Source: Strigamia acuminata
Taxonomy: Eukaryota
Direction of reading: 5' to 3'
Assembly (NCBI GenBank): GCA_949358305.1
Contig: OX442314.1
Span: forward strand, 33,480,001-33,544,000
Length of the DNA stretch: 64,000 bases
In this document: positions 1 through 11,849 of the stretch, piece after piece
How the letters are laid out: every line of letters starts with the position of its first letter
How positions within the stretch are numbered: the first letter of the stretch is position 1
Made by a program: the position numbers and the translations under genes
Notes under the pieces: generated by a model
Database searches by the model: none
The model's input: the letters and a program-made list of their open reading frames with translations, nothing else
What the model was told of the DNA's origin: nothing

Positions 1-122
1 GTATAAGCTTTGTATCTGAGAATCCAGCCAAAAAATTTGTTGCCTGCAGTGGCATGCGGCTTAAAGGAGGGTAATACAGCAAACATTTGGAAAAAAAATA
101 ATACCAGTTAATTACATATTGG

Positions 123-682
123 TGTGACTGTTTGGACGGACGCCACGTGGTCAGGGGAGGGCCACGAGATGCTGGACACAACACACACGATGATTTACCA
201 ACGAAATACAACAGAAACACAGTTTAGTTATTATTATAGCTTTATTGTTGTCTAGGGGTATGATTGGTGTCTCATATGTATTTCCCAATGTGATTGCTGC
301 GAAACAGCCATCCCTAACAAGACCGCCGTAACGTTCGATGAACGACGGATGGACGCGGCTTACTTGAACGCTCAGGTCGCGGTGGGGGACAGAGTCGCCA
401 CGCCGATCATTTGGTTCGTGATCATAGTCAGTTCAATGAAGCGGTCGTAGAAGCGACTGTTTGCCTTGCTGGCTAGAAGAGAACTTATTTCGGCCTCTGC
501 GGGGCCTACCACTTCCGGAAAAGCACTTCCGGGTCTAGATTGGTGGAACCAACGGCCCGCAGCTCCACCTGGTTGCGGGGGACCGCAACAGGTCTCGCAC
601 GAGAAACACGAGGTGCGCGAGAGCTGCACTAAGTGCCTTGTATTGCAGGTAAATGATCAGCCTTTGGGGGCAGCTGGTCACA
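123..682 (-). mobile_element. Solo LTR-like element, same family as 52540-52867
   Basis: TGTGA...TCACA termini; both ends closely match 52540-52867; AATAAA on minus strand; flanks attgg/tttgg are only an imperfect TSD; carries ~230 bp absent from the other copy. Confidence 0.7.
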
Positions 683-1117
683 TTTGGGCAAAAAGTACCA
701 GTTCGTTACTTACGAATGATTTTTGTACCAGAGAGGTGTTTGCAAGTCGAATTGTTCGCAAGTCCTGCAAATGTGTAAAAGGTGAAAAAATTGTTCATCG
801 TACTTAAAGAAAACACTTTTTTTTATTAAAAATTTATAAAGGATGAAGTCTTTAAGTGAAGTCTTAAATTTATAAAGGGGTACATATTAAACAAAAATTA
901 TAATCTTAGTATTTTATAATCACAAGTACTATACACACAAATTTTTAAGTTTAAAATTCGAAATTTCTACCTCTAAAACTTCGTTAAGGTTCGACAAAAT
1001 TCAGAACGAAGTACGATAGAAATAAAACAAATTTTACTATTAAAAAAGAAAAAAAAAATGACGTAAAATTACGTTACAATATTTCACATATTGTAACAAA
1101 GACTTCAACATTACCAA

Positions 1118-1745
1118 TTACATTTTGCTCGTAATCAATAAATCGAGTTTGAAAAAAATTTGGTCTTCGACTAAATACATCGGCTTCAGCTTAGCTAACG
1201 GCAGGAAATATATAAATCCCCAACTAACATTTTCTGCCTCCAATGGTTTGCTAAAACTATTTTTAGCTAGAATGAAATCCGACATCAGCTGTACACAGTG
1301 ATGCTTCTTATGCATTGACTGATCCAACACACTAATTTGAGCAGAATACTCGATGGGCCACTTAAGAATTGCGTCATTCAGACCTCTGAGAACTTGAAGA
1401 TAAATCGACATATGACTTCCTGCTCCATAACCATCACCGTATGGATTGAGTTGTAGTCGCAGTTTGTAGCCGTACTTGTAACTATAAAAAGGTTCACTGC
1501 ACGCATACGACAGTGTTCCCGATTTTGCCTGAGCTTGAAGCTCTGCAAAGTTGTCCACTTTCCAGATGTAGGGGCATTTGGAAAGATTCTTTGCCAGTTC
1601 GTTTCTCAGTTTGTCTAGATTAAAATCACAAATGTTTTCAATTCACCAAAATCATCATTTTTTAAAATAATTTACTACCGTATTTCATGTCCACTTCTTC
1701 CATCTTGTTCCGTAGTCTCTTTAGGATTTCGCGATCAGTCATCAT
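1118..1745 (-). CDS. Minimal TRAF-like protein 1 (short coiled coil + MATH/TRAF-C), exons 1745-1679 and 1614-1118, ~187 aa
   Basis: TRAF-C motifs YIWKV, PFYSYKYGYKLRLQLNPYGDG, HMSIYLQVLRG, DAILKWP, WGF; GT-AG intron at the same position in all three paralogs; spliced length 564 nt, in frame. Confidence 0.9.
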
Positions 1746-1846
1746 TGTTTGTTTTTTCAATATTTTCCGTCAAATTAGCTGCATGGAGATGGTGAGAAGT
1801 GAAGTTACAAATGCAAAATGGCCGATAGTTTTGTCTGTTGTCTTTG

Positions 1847-1875
1847 GTCACATGACCTGACAAGTGGCGACCTCT
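1847..1875 (-). promoter_or_regulatory. Conserved upstream module with E-box/M-box (GTCATGTGAC on minus strand)
   Basis: tcacatgacctg..aagtggcg.cctct recurs at 1847, 2469, 3673 and 4691, about 90-120 bp upstream of each TRAF start (2469 is an extra copy). Confidence 0.6.
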
Positions 1876-2200
1876 TCATACTTGATGGGAGAAACTGACT
1901 GATTATAATGTTGTTAGTTTTTAATGTTTCATAGCAATTAAAGCAATTAAACAACTTTTTTTCTGTATCCATGAGGACCTTAAACATTTGAACATTTTTT
2001 GTGTGATTTTTGTGATTTTTTGTTGACTTTTTATCGTGTTTGGTTTTTATTTTCCACTTCCGATGTTTTTTTTTTCTTTCTTATTTTCCAGTCGCAGAAA
2101 ATTTAAAAGTATTGACCACAATTGGAATATTTTTACCACGATCTCTTTCAGCCACGTAAAGAACTTTTCCAGTCGAAAGGAATTGGGGTCAAAAATAAAT

Positions 2201-2368
2201 CTGGTCAAAAATATTCCTGGTCAAAAATATTCCTGGTCAAAAATATTCCTGGTCGAAAATATATTCCTGGTCGAAAAATATATTCCTGGTCGAAAATATA
2301 TTCCAGGTCAAAAATATATTCCTGGTCAAAAATATATTCCTGGTCAAAAATATATTCCTGGTCAAAAA
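2201..2368. repeat. Minisatellite, 16-19 bp unit CTGGTCAAAAAT(AT)ATTC
   Basis: About 9-10 tandem units visible; explains the spurious ORFs here. Confidence 0.95.
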
Positions 2369-2952
2369 GAGTGAAGTTGTATCTCTGAAAGACTACCAAA
2401 TCTGTTGTAAAATCAATTTCGTTTGCCTACATGCACAATAATACGTTTTTCATGCCTGCCATTTTTGATCACATGACCTGGTAAGTGGCGTCCTCTCACA
2501 ATTGCTTGGAGAAACTGATTAGCAAGTAATTTAAACACTAGTGGGAGCCAGTGTTAATAAAATGTTTCATTAATTACAGACAGATAAACACTGAAGAGTG
2601 TTGTATATGTTGTTATATGGCATATAGTCAGGGCGAACTGGGCTGCAGAGAAAGGCACACTGGGCAGAGAGGGGCGCCGAACAGTGATGGCGTTTACCAG
2701 GCGCCAATTTGAAACCCAGCGTTAATAAGGACCGGGCGCGTGTAGAATTTTGGGTCAATAACTGCCAGGCGTTAAAACAAGGCCGGCGCTTTAATGAACC
2801 TGGGCTATTAAACGGGGCACTTACTGTATTTCGAAAAAATTCAGATTGAAGTACGATGATAATAAAACAGATTTTAATATTTAAAAATAAAAAGAGAAAA
2901 AAAAAGATATAAAAACATGTGACAATAAATTCATTGGCTTCAAGATTGCCAA

Positions 2953-3581
2953 TTAACGTTTGTTTGTAAGGGTAAAATTTAGCTGGATAAAAATTTTATC
3001 ATCAACTAAATACACCGGCTTCAGCTGATCTAGCGGCAAAAAATATACATAACCCCAACCAAGATTTTCTGAATCCACTGGTTTGACAAAACTACTTTCA
3101 GCTAGAATGAAATCTGATGTCAGTGGGAGATTGTAGTCATCCTTATACTGAGACTGATCCAACACACTAATTTGTGCAGTATACTCAATGGGCCACTTAA
3201 GAATTGCGTCATTCAGACCTTTCATCACTTGAATATAAGTGGATAAATGAGTTCCTGCTGCAGGGCCGTCGCCATTTGGATTGAGCAGTAATCGCAGTTT
3301 GTAGCCGTACTTGTGGGTGTAAAAAGGTTGACTAAACACGTAAACCAATTCGCCCGATTTTGCCTGAGCTTGAATCTCTGTGTAGTTCTCCACTTTCCAA
3401 ATATATGGGCATATGGAAAGATCCAGTGCCAGTTCGTTTCTCAGTAAGTCTAGATGAAAGAATGGGATAAAATCACAAATATTTTTAATTCATCAAAATC
3501 AATTCATAATTTATTACCGTATTTCATGTTTAATTCGTCTATCGTCTTCGTTAGTTTCCTTTCGATTTCGTGGTTAGACAT
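2953..3581 (-). CDS. Minimal TRAF-like protein 2, exons 3581-3518 and 3449-2953, ~186 aa
   Basis: MSNHEIERKLTKTIDELNMKY/DLLRNELA then MATH domain (YGYKLRLLLNPNGDG, GTHLS, DAILKWP, WGY); spliced length 561 nt. Confidence 0.9.
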
Positions 3582-3894
3582 CTTGGTTATTTTTTCTTAT
3601 AGTTTGCTTCAAATTTGCTGCATTGGCAAAGGTGAGATGCGATGGTTACAAAATGGCCGATGTACACAGGATGTCACATGACCTGACAAGTGGCGACCTC
3701 TTCTTGAAGTTTTTAAAGTTTCATATCAATTTTATTATTAAGCAAATTAAAAAACAGTATAAATCAAAACTTTGAATGCACTGAATATTACCAAAGCCTA
3801 CACTGCAAAAAAAATTGAACAATGATATAAGTTAAGTACAACTAAATTTAATGTTAAAAGATGTGCAAACGTGTTACAGTAACAGCCTTCAAGG

Positions 3895-4569
3895 TTACAA
3901 ATCATTTTTTTGTTCTGTCACAATAGTTAAATCTAGTTTGATACAAAGTGCATCTTTAACTAAAAACATCGGCACGAGTTTGTGTAACGGCACGAAAAAC
4001 TGATATCCCCATGCAATATTTACTGCGTCCACTGGTTTGCTAAAACTACTTCTACTTTCAATTAAATCTGACGTCAACTGTTGAGTTTCATCATTCTTGC
4101 GTACCAACTGATCAACCAGACTAATTTGTGCATTATACTCAATGGGCCAATCGAGAATTCCATCGTTCGGACCTTTCATCACTTGAAGATAAATTGATAA
4201 ATGAGATCCTTCTGCTGGACCGTCGCCATTTAGACCGAGTTGTAGTCGCAGTTTGTAGCCGTATTTGTCACTATAAAAAGCTTCACTAAACGCGTAAATC
4301 TCGATGCCTGATTTAGCTCGAGTTTGAAGATTTGCGAAGTTCTCTACTTTCCAGATGTATGGCGATGAAGAAAGATTCTTTGCCAGTTCGTTTCTCAGTT
4401 TGTCTGAAAAGATAGAATAGAATCAGAAACATTTCAATTTACAAAATGCAATTTCCGTCTAAATTTCCATCAAAATATTAATGTTAGTCTTTTATTATTC
4501 GTTACCGTATTTCATTTCCAATTCTTCTAGCTTCTTCTGTAGTTTAATTTCTAGTTGGATGTCACTCAT
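3895..4569 (-). CDS. Minimal TRAF-like protein 3, exons 4569-4506 and 4403-3895, ~190 aa
   Basis: MSDIQLEIKLQKKLEELEMKY/DKLRNELA...YIWKVEN...YGYKLRLQLGLNGDG; frame is open upstream of the listed 95-aa ORF; spliced length 573 nt. Confidence 0.9.
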
Positions 4570-4747
4570 CTTTTTTTGAATTTCCATTGAATTAGCTGCG
4601 TAGGAAAGACGAGAAGTGAAGTTGTAAAATCAATTTAAGTTTGCTTACTTGTTAGCCAAACAATACCTCGATGATGACTGATGTTTTTGATCACATGACC
4701 TGAAAGTGGCGTCCTCTCACGTTTGCTTTGAGAAACTGATTAGCTAA

Positions 4748-5026
4748 CTGTCTTCTTTAGCCAAGCAATACCAAATATATTTAATAGGAGGTAAATAATT
4801 TTTGGATCCCAAATTAATTAATAAATAAATAACCTCCAACAGAGAATTTTTTGTTTTTCTTAGGTTCAATTCCAGAGATTGATAATGGAAAATATTACAA
4901 CTCGTGCGCCGCTTTTGACCCTAATGGCGACATGATAGCAAAATATCGAAAAGTAATATTAAAAAAAAATTATTTATTATTCGTTTTTTAATTTAAAAAA
5001 AAAATATTTTTCAGATTTATTTATTT
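4748..5026 (+). pseudogene. Nitrilase-family (NIT2/omega-amidase-like) internal fragment with two introns
   Basis: Splicing 4748-4790, 4864-4952 and 5015 onward gives LSSLAKQYQIYLIGGSIPEIDNGKYYNSCAAFDPNGDMIAKYRKIYLF, matching NIT2 IYLIGGSIPE...YNT...AKYRKIHLF; no 5' or 3' continuation seen. Confidence 0.8.
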
Positions 5027-5989
5027 TGGTGCGGGAAACAAACTAGAAATATTAGATACGCATAAATGGATATACTGTACAAACATGCAGGATGTCCGCA
5101 AGCCAATGCACAATTTTCATTAAGACAACTTAATTTTATTGCGATTTTAATTCTTCAATGAAAGGACCGAAATAGTAACAAGTTTAAAACTGATTTAAAT
5201 CACTAAATCGAAGTGCCAAATGAAAATTAAAATTGTAATCAAATTAAGTTGTATTGATGGAAATTAAAACTTATCGAGTCTCTATACAAGATAAAAATTG
5301 TCACCGCTTGCACAGAGCACGTGCATTGGATAACCAATTATATGTGGGGTGCGTGGTCCTCGCTAGAGATGTACAAGCTGCTTACGTTGCGTGAGGACAT
5401 ACTTTAGTAGTAAATCCGTAGTAAAAATTGATTTTCATGTCCCAACTGTTGTACCCCTCAGAAATATTCGTCACTAATGTTTTGAAAACTTTCAGAGGCG
5501 CTGTCATAGGAAAATTAGACCATTCCGAAGGAGTTTTGTATGCAGATTTAGGTAAATTGAACAGAAACAACAAGAATTTTTTTCCACGAAAAACATTTAA
5601 AAAAATCAAAATTACTTATGAACCATGAATCCATTCAATACTGTGGTTATTCCAAGAGCTTTTACCGCGTTTTGCTTTAGGTTTTTTTCGAATTTCTTAC
5701 AGATTTCGTGTTCGTAAACGAAATTCGCAGCCAAATCCCGGTTTTATCCGGGAAACGGAAGAGCCTGTATCAGTAAATTTAAAAGATGGATGAATAAAAT
5801 AAACATTGTACCGCAAGAGAAAACAACTTTTATTCACTTTATACGCTGTTACATGTTCAAATCTATTTCTAGTTAATTAATTTAGTGTCGTTATCTAAGA
5901 AAACGCATTCAGAAAACAAAGAAAATCTTTCTTAAAACAATCAAAAGTTGAAAATAATGAGGTGCAGTAGTACTTACAAATTCCTACAG

Positions 5990-6560
5990 AATAGTCTAAG
6001 TACTCGTACGGCTTCGTTCCTGGTTCAGATTCCCCACTTTATACCACATGTTTGACAAATCTACGTACGATTCGATAAATGGAAATCTTGTCTCACCTAA
6101 TCGTCATGAACAGTGTTTAATATAGCAGTGCAAAAACCAAAGACAAATCAAACCATTATAGCCTCCTATTGCATAAATCATTCCATCCAAAACAGCTGTG
6201 GCAAAGTTAATTCGCGGACTCAACATGTCCTTAATGCCAACCCAATTGTTTCGTTTTGGATCGTACTTTTCACCTACAACAACGATTTGGATTAACAAAT
6301 ACTACCTGTATACAAAATGGAAATGGGTAGAAATTCTAGAATTTGACATTATCTAACAAAATTTTTCAAAAAAATCCAAACCTGTCAAAATATTTTCTCA
6401 AATATTCCGAGTCCTTTTTACCAGACTTAAGAAAAGTCCATTCTTTTTTTTTTGGTTTTGACCATTGCTCCCACCAAAGGCAAATAAAAACGTTTCGTGG
6501 GCAACTAATCGAAACCATCTTCTAGGACTTGGCATCTTTTGAACGTAAGTCCAATCATCC
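5990..6560 (-). pseudogene. Degenerate kelch-repeat gene fragment
   Basis: MPSPRRWFRLVAHETFLFAFGGSNG; EKYDPKRNNWVGIKDMLSPRINFATAVLDGMIYAIGGYNG; IESYVDLSNMWYKV; frameshifts/stops between blocks. Confidence 0.7.
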
Positions 6561-6629
6561 CTCAACGGATCATAACGTTCAACCTAGCAACCAAGATATT
6601 GTTTTGTTTATAGTAACATTTGATTTCTG

Positions 6630-7442
6630 TAATATACAAAGTAATTATAACAAAGCCATAAATGTGTCGGTGAATATACAACACTACGATTTTATCCGCA
6701 CTTTAAATCTAAACATGTGCGGTTGAAATCGTAGTATATGCAACATTTCCAATTTATATCGCAAAGTTTGCAGTTTAAATCTAAACATGCGTTGTTTAAA
6801 TCGTAGTATATTAAACATTTGCAAATTATATCGCAACATTTGCAGTTTAAATCGAAACATGAGCGATGTAAATTGCAAATGTTGCGATATAAATTGAAAA
6901 TTTTGCAAGCATTTGCCGTTTAAATCACAACATTTGAAGTATTTGTATTTATATTAATTTATATTTACCTAAATACGGCAGTCAAATTCTTAATTTTGCT
7001 TTGGACTGATTTCCACGACCTGATAAAGTTGTGTTCCTTTAACCCTGTCGCGATGTTTTCGTAAACAATGCGATTCCTCTTGGCCCTACGCAAATCGTCA
7101 TTGTTTTCTTCCCACAGATGAATCAGCAAATACGTCTCATCATCACTCCATATTTCCTTTTTTTTTCGCTGCCTTTTTTCTAAATTATCTAAATTTTCCA
7201 TTTGGTTGACCACTGGCATGGAAGCTATGTTTGTTTGACCAATAATGGCGATGCATTATGGGTACCATGACATCACAAGCTAGCTTAGAACTAGCTAATC
7301 CAGTTCCCAGATCTAGATTATTTTCAAATTTAGTTTCAAAACTGATAAGCTAGCTTAGGATAAGCAAGTTGTGTTCGCACTACAGTTACACAACTAGTTA
7401 TAAAGAGTTAAGCTGGCTTGACTCTGTAGTGCGAACGGGGTA
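6630..7442 (-). mobile_element. PIF/Harbinger-type DNA transposon fragment (one end + Myb/SANT-like ORF exon)
   Basis: Terminus TACCCCGTTCGCACTACA next to TAA on minus strand; inverted internal copy of gttcgcactaca near 7373; adjacent trihelix ORF; other end not found, left boundary approximate. Confidence 0.6.
6969..7219 (-). CDS. Myb/SANT-like (trihelix) DNA-binding domain exon
   Basis: WSDDETYLLIHLW...VYENIATGL...RSWKSVQSKIKNL, followed by a GTAAAT donor; typical of Harbinger ORF2; rest of gene not found. Confidence 0.7.
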
Positions 7443-7979
7443 TTACGGAAATTGTTTGGTGCCATCTCTGGGCTTGTTTATGTATAATATTGGTCCCAAT
7501 TCTGATTTATTAAATCGATTTTGAATTGATTGTAAAATCCAACTAAATAATCGTCCAATCGTGATACCACAAAATAAAACACGAACTTTTATCTAATTAG
7601 CAATGAAAACTGAAAACTTTATTGAGTTTGGTGCACATCTTATTTGAATACCAAAAACAAAATAAACTACATTTTATCGCTAAATCATCTGATGATGATA
7701 TATCACGACCATCTCCGTGATCAAATTATTCCAAATGCCAAAAGACCGCCAACTTGGATCGTTTGAATCGCACGCCAGCTCGGTCAATTTTCAGTTCGAT
7801 TACACATTACACGAATTTGTTGTGAAAGCCTGCTGCATTCAAATATCTGGTGTAACGTTTTGTCAACGTTTACGCAGCCATTACGTAAAGCAAACGTTCA
7901 GTTCTAGTTACTTATAAAAGCACAAGTTTTGTGTCACAGTGGTATATTTCTTTCTACTTTAAACACACACACAAATATA

Positions 7980-9035
7980 ATGGCATTTCGTTACAAATTC
8001 ACCAACGATTTACACTTCACCGTGGTTAATTTGCACAGCTTGAGCACCACTGTTGGCAACTTGAAATCGGCGATTTGTCAGCAGAGAAAGCTTTGTACGA
8101 AAGGCGACAGCGAGCTGCAGATAAGAAACTCCGAAACTAAGGAAATCTACGCCGACGACGACGCTTTGATTGTGCAAAACACGTCTTTGATTGTGGCAAG
8201 AATTCCGATTTTCGGCGTAAAAATTCGTCGTGACGACTTCCTGCGCAGATCAAAACCACCGATAATCGCCAGGAGATTACTGACAGTCGAGAAGAACGAA
8301 CATCGTTCGGAAGAGGAGCACATTAAAGCGCTCAATGCTCGAGTTGCGGAGTTTTACGACACATCCAACTTGCCGAAATCTCGAGCCATGACCGGGAAGA
8401 TTCCGCCGGACTACATTTGCTGTAGGTGCGGCAAAGGCGACCACTGGGTGAAGGATTGTCCGACGAAAGCGTATAAACGCAGCAGTGGCATTCCCCGCAC
8501 TTTTATGGTTACTGCTGAAGGACCGGAAGTCCAGGGGGCTCTTCTATCAAGCACTACCGGTCAGTTTGTGGTGCCGGTGATTAATCAGGCTGCCTACCTG
8601 GTTAAGAAAAAGGAAAAGCCGATTTTTGTCAAGGAGAAAACACCGGAAAAAGAGGTGGGTGCAGCAATCCCCAAAGAATTGCTGTGCGGAATTTGCAAAG
8701 AGGTTATGGTGGACGCCGCTGTGACGCCATGTTGTGCCAATACCTTCTGCGACGACTGTATTCGTCAGGCTCTGTTGGAGTCGGACGAACGTCAGTGTCC
8801 AACTTGTCTAAAAAATGAAACGTCTCCGGATGCACTAGAACCGAATTATGCAATCAGAAGTGCTGTTTCTGCATTTCTAAATGGACCAGGACCGAATTGG
8901 ACGTCGAATTTACCAAACTTTAAGGCACCTTTTCCAATTACACAAATGTTGAATTTTAAACCTGTTTTTACGGGTAAGCGAAAGGTTAACCAAGAAATGG
9001 AATGTATAACCAATAAAATATCTCGATTTTCTTGA
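7980..9035 (+). CDS. RBBP6: Intronless RBBP6/Mpe1-like E3 ligase (DWNN, zinc knuckle, RING), 351 aa, copy A
   Basis: YKF-type DWNN start; CCRCGKGDHWVKDC knuckle; GIPRTFM; ELLCGIC...PCC...FCDDCIR...CPTC RING; TATAAAAG near 7913. Confidence 0.9.
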   Translation: MAFRYKFTNDLHFTVVNLHSLSTTVGNLKSAICQQRKLCTKGDSELQIRNSETKEIYADDDALIVQNTSLIVARIPIFGVKIRRDDFLRRSKPPIIARRLLTVEKNEHRSEEEHIKALNARVAEFYDTSNLPKSRAMTGKIPPDYICCRCGKGDHWVKDCPTKAYKRSSGIPRTFMVTAEGPEVQGALLSSTTGQFVVPVINQAAYLVKKKEKPIFVKEKTPEKEVGAAIPKELLCGICKEVMVDAAVTPCCANTFCDDCIRQALLESDERQCPTCLKNETSPDALEPNYAIRSAVSAFLNGPGPNWTSNLPNFKAPFPITQMLNFKPVFTGKRKVNQEMECITNKISRFS

Positions 9036-11849
9036 ATGTTTTGCTTGATTAAAACTTTTATTCCCCTTCGTTCCCAGTGGGAAGTTTCCCTTTATTCGTC
9101 GCCCCTGGACTGCAGCCCAGTTAGCCCAATGGAAAAGGTGAAACTGACTGGTTGTCAATAATTGCCTAACCCTGCCTCGCTTTTCTCTGCTCTTTCCGAC
9201 TTGTAGTATTTCATTGGCTTTCAGCGTTTTGCTGGAGATTTTCATTAACTTGTCGGTCGTTCGAGATTCTATGCTGGTTGTCCCACTTCTGGTTTTATTT
9301 TATTGGTTTTTTGGTTTTATTGTTTTTCTGGTTTTGTTTGGTTGCTGTTGTTTCTTCTCATTAAAGTTACCACTTACCTCTAAATGCGCTGTGGCTCTTT
9401 GTTTCGCCTTACCTACCGGTATTCCAATAAGTTCAGTATTACTGGTCCCTGGTGCTGCCGGACAACTTACCGTATGATGACGGTTTCCTACTTCCAACAG
9501 CATTACAGTTTGTTAAGATTTTTCAACAACTTTTTTATATTTAAAACCCAATTGATTTACTGTATACACAGCTTAAACATATGTAATTCATTGAAATTAA
9601 AAATCAAAATTATTAAAAGAAAAATCAATTACACGATGCACTGTGGAAATAATGACAACAATATTCTAAGCTAAAAAATCAATTTTCGTGCACAAAATTT
9701 TTTCTTCATTTTTTATTTTAAAGAAAAGTCGAAAATAACTAACTTTTACTTGACACGATCGTCATCGTCTTCTTCAGCATCGAAGATTGGTTTATTATCT
9801 GATAAAGGATTCGTTCTACTCTTAAGTAATTATCCGTGTTTAGATATGTAGACCCCGTAGAATGATTTGTGTCCTTTGTTCTGCTCGCCGCGTGTGCTCC
9901 ATCTCTGGTTTCGCTCGTTTATGGCGATATTTGAACAAGATTTTCTGTTCCGATTTGGGTTTTCTTTGTGGAAATTATCGGCTTCTGCAATGTGCATTTA
10001 AGTGTTTTGTAAGTTTTCTTTTTTTTTCGGATCGAAATGTTTCAGTGTGAAATTTCCATTTTCTCGATCCGGGTTATAGGCCTATTCTTTTAATATTTCG
10101 CCAAATTGTTGTATTTTTATTTATTCTATCAGCTGATAATGATGTATCACGACCATCTCAGTGATCAAATTATTCCAAATGCCAAAGGACTTGGGTCGTT
10201 CGAACTGCACGCCAGCTCGGTCAATTTTTTGTTCGATTTGCTTCGTTTTTTCATATTTTCATTTTTCTTTTATGGTCATGGCGGAGGTATCATCTCGCTG
10301 GTTGTTTCTCTTCCAATCCTTATTAATTTGTTGCCATCCGATCTTTTTTTCGCCGAATTCCAATCCGCATTGTCATAGTTATCTTCAATTTGTTCATTTT
10401 TTTTCGTTTTCGTGAATATAAGCCTAAATTCTCATTTCGAACAACGTGATTTTTTTCTTCACTAAAATGGTGTGTAAATACATTTGGCTTTGATTTTGAT
10501 TCAGTTGTGCGAGTTTAAAATTGAAACGATGGATCATTCTACTTGTTTTGAACCTTCGCCTCCTTTACCGCTATTTTGACGAATTTTGGTGTTTAATTGA
10601 GTTTTATCTCGGGAATTTTCATTCCAATTTTTCTGTTTTTTTATTTGATGTCAAGTTTTTCTCTATTTTTGCTGAATAATAATAATTATCATGCAGCAAC
10701 TTGATGGCCATTTATCAAAGCTGTTGAATTGTGATAAAAAATAGGCCTAATATTGTAAATAATTTTGGTCTTGTAAGTCTGCAGTCCGATGGATGTAGCA
10801 TTTACCAATTGATATTCTGCATTCATCTGTGAATGTTTTAAATTATCGCCTTCAATCGTTTGTGGAAACCTTGATCCAATAAGAAAGTGACTAATATTAA
10901 ATTCCTCCATTTTTGAATCGATTGTCATTAAGTTGCACAGCCACAATTTCTGAGCTCCATGCATCTAAAGTGCTTGAGTTCTGTAATAGAACATAACTCT
11001 GTGAGTGGTCTTTTATATCTTTGCAATCCCTTGTGTTTTCAATTTTCTGCTGCTTGAATGTTTGAGCATTTGTTATAAAAAAATTGAAAAAGTTCATTAC
11101 TGATAAAAAAAGGAAAGGAAAGAACACAAAGGCCAAATGTTGACATTCCTGTATCAAAAACGTGTTGCATTATGTCTTTAATATATTTCTGTCCCAAGTA
11201 ACATACAAGTAGGTACAATCAAAAGGCATGATCTGAAGTTGTTTTTCAGTCACTCTCATATCGTTAGACTGTTAATTTTTCTTTTTAGTTAGAGGAAGGT
11301 TAACTCAACTAAAAACAAAATTCTTAGAAATTATTGCTACGAATTAAAAATACAAACATAAAAACTGTCCCAATGTGTGTCCCTCTCTCCTACACATTTT
11401 TTGAGACGCCCTTCGTAACTCTCCTTATATTGTCAGGCCCATTTAGTTTGCGTATTTCTTTAATTCACCAGCTGGATCAAATGGAATCCTCCAGGTTGTT
11501 TTAAGTTTTTGAGTAACACCACGTAGATCATGTTTGTGGCTTTCCATTGCCGTCCTAAGGACACTTTTGTACGCTATTCAATATCTGTTCTCTATGTATC
11601 TTGCTTGCTACGTGTTCTTTTCTTGCTAAGTGTTCTGTAAGTCAATTTCGGCTTTTTATTGAAGAAAAATAATTCCTATGCATTTAACTTAACCCTACAT
11701 ATTATAATTATATAAAATGTTTAATGGTTGGTAATAAATATATAAAATCTATCTATCTATCTCTCTACTTATAAAAATTAGCTTTTATTCGATGTCAAAA
11801 CGTTACAATTTGAATAAAAACTTTAGAATAAAGGTAAATATAATGCTTT

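Noticed and set aside
2036..2399. Repetitive ORFs (also 41604-42066, 44882-45142, 51487-51923)
   Set aside because: Translations of minisatellites
2700..2828. Tc1/pogo-like MITE end (…CACTTACTGTA); similar weak ends at 38972-39250 and a DINE-like GTCC/GTCT tract at 29715-29740
   Set aside because: One end only or poorly matching TIRs; insufficient support
10689..11157. Minus-strand ORFs of 86 and 91 aa
   Set aside because: No recognisable domain or splice model
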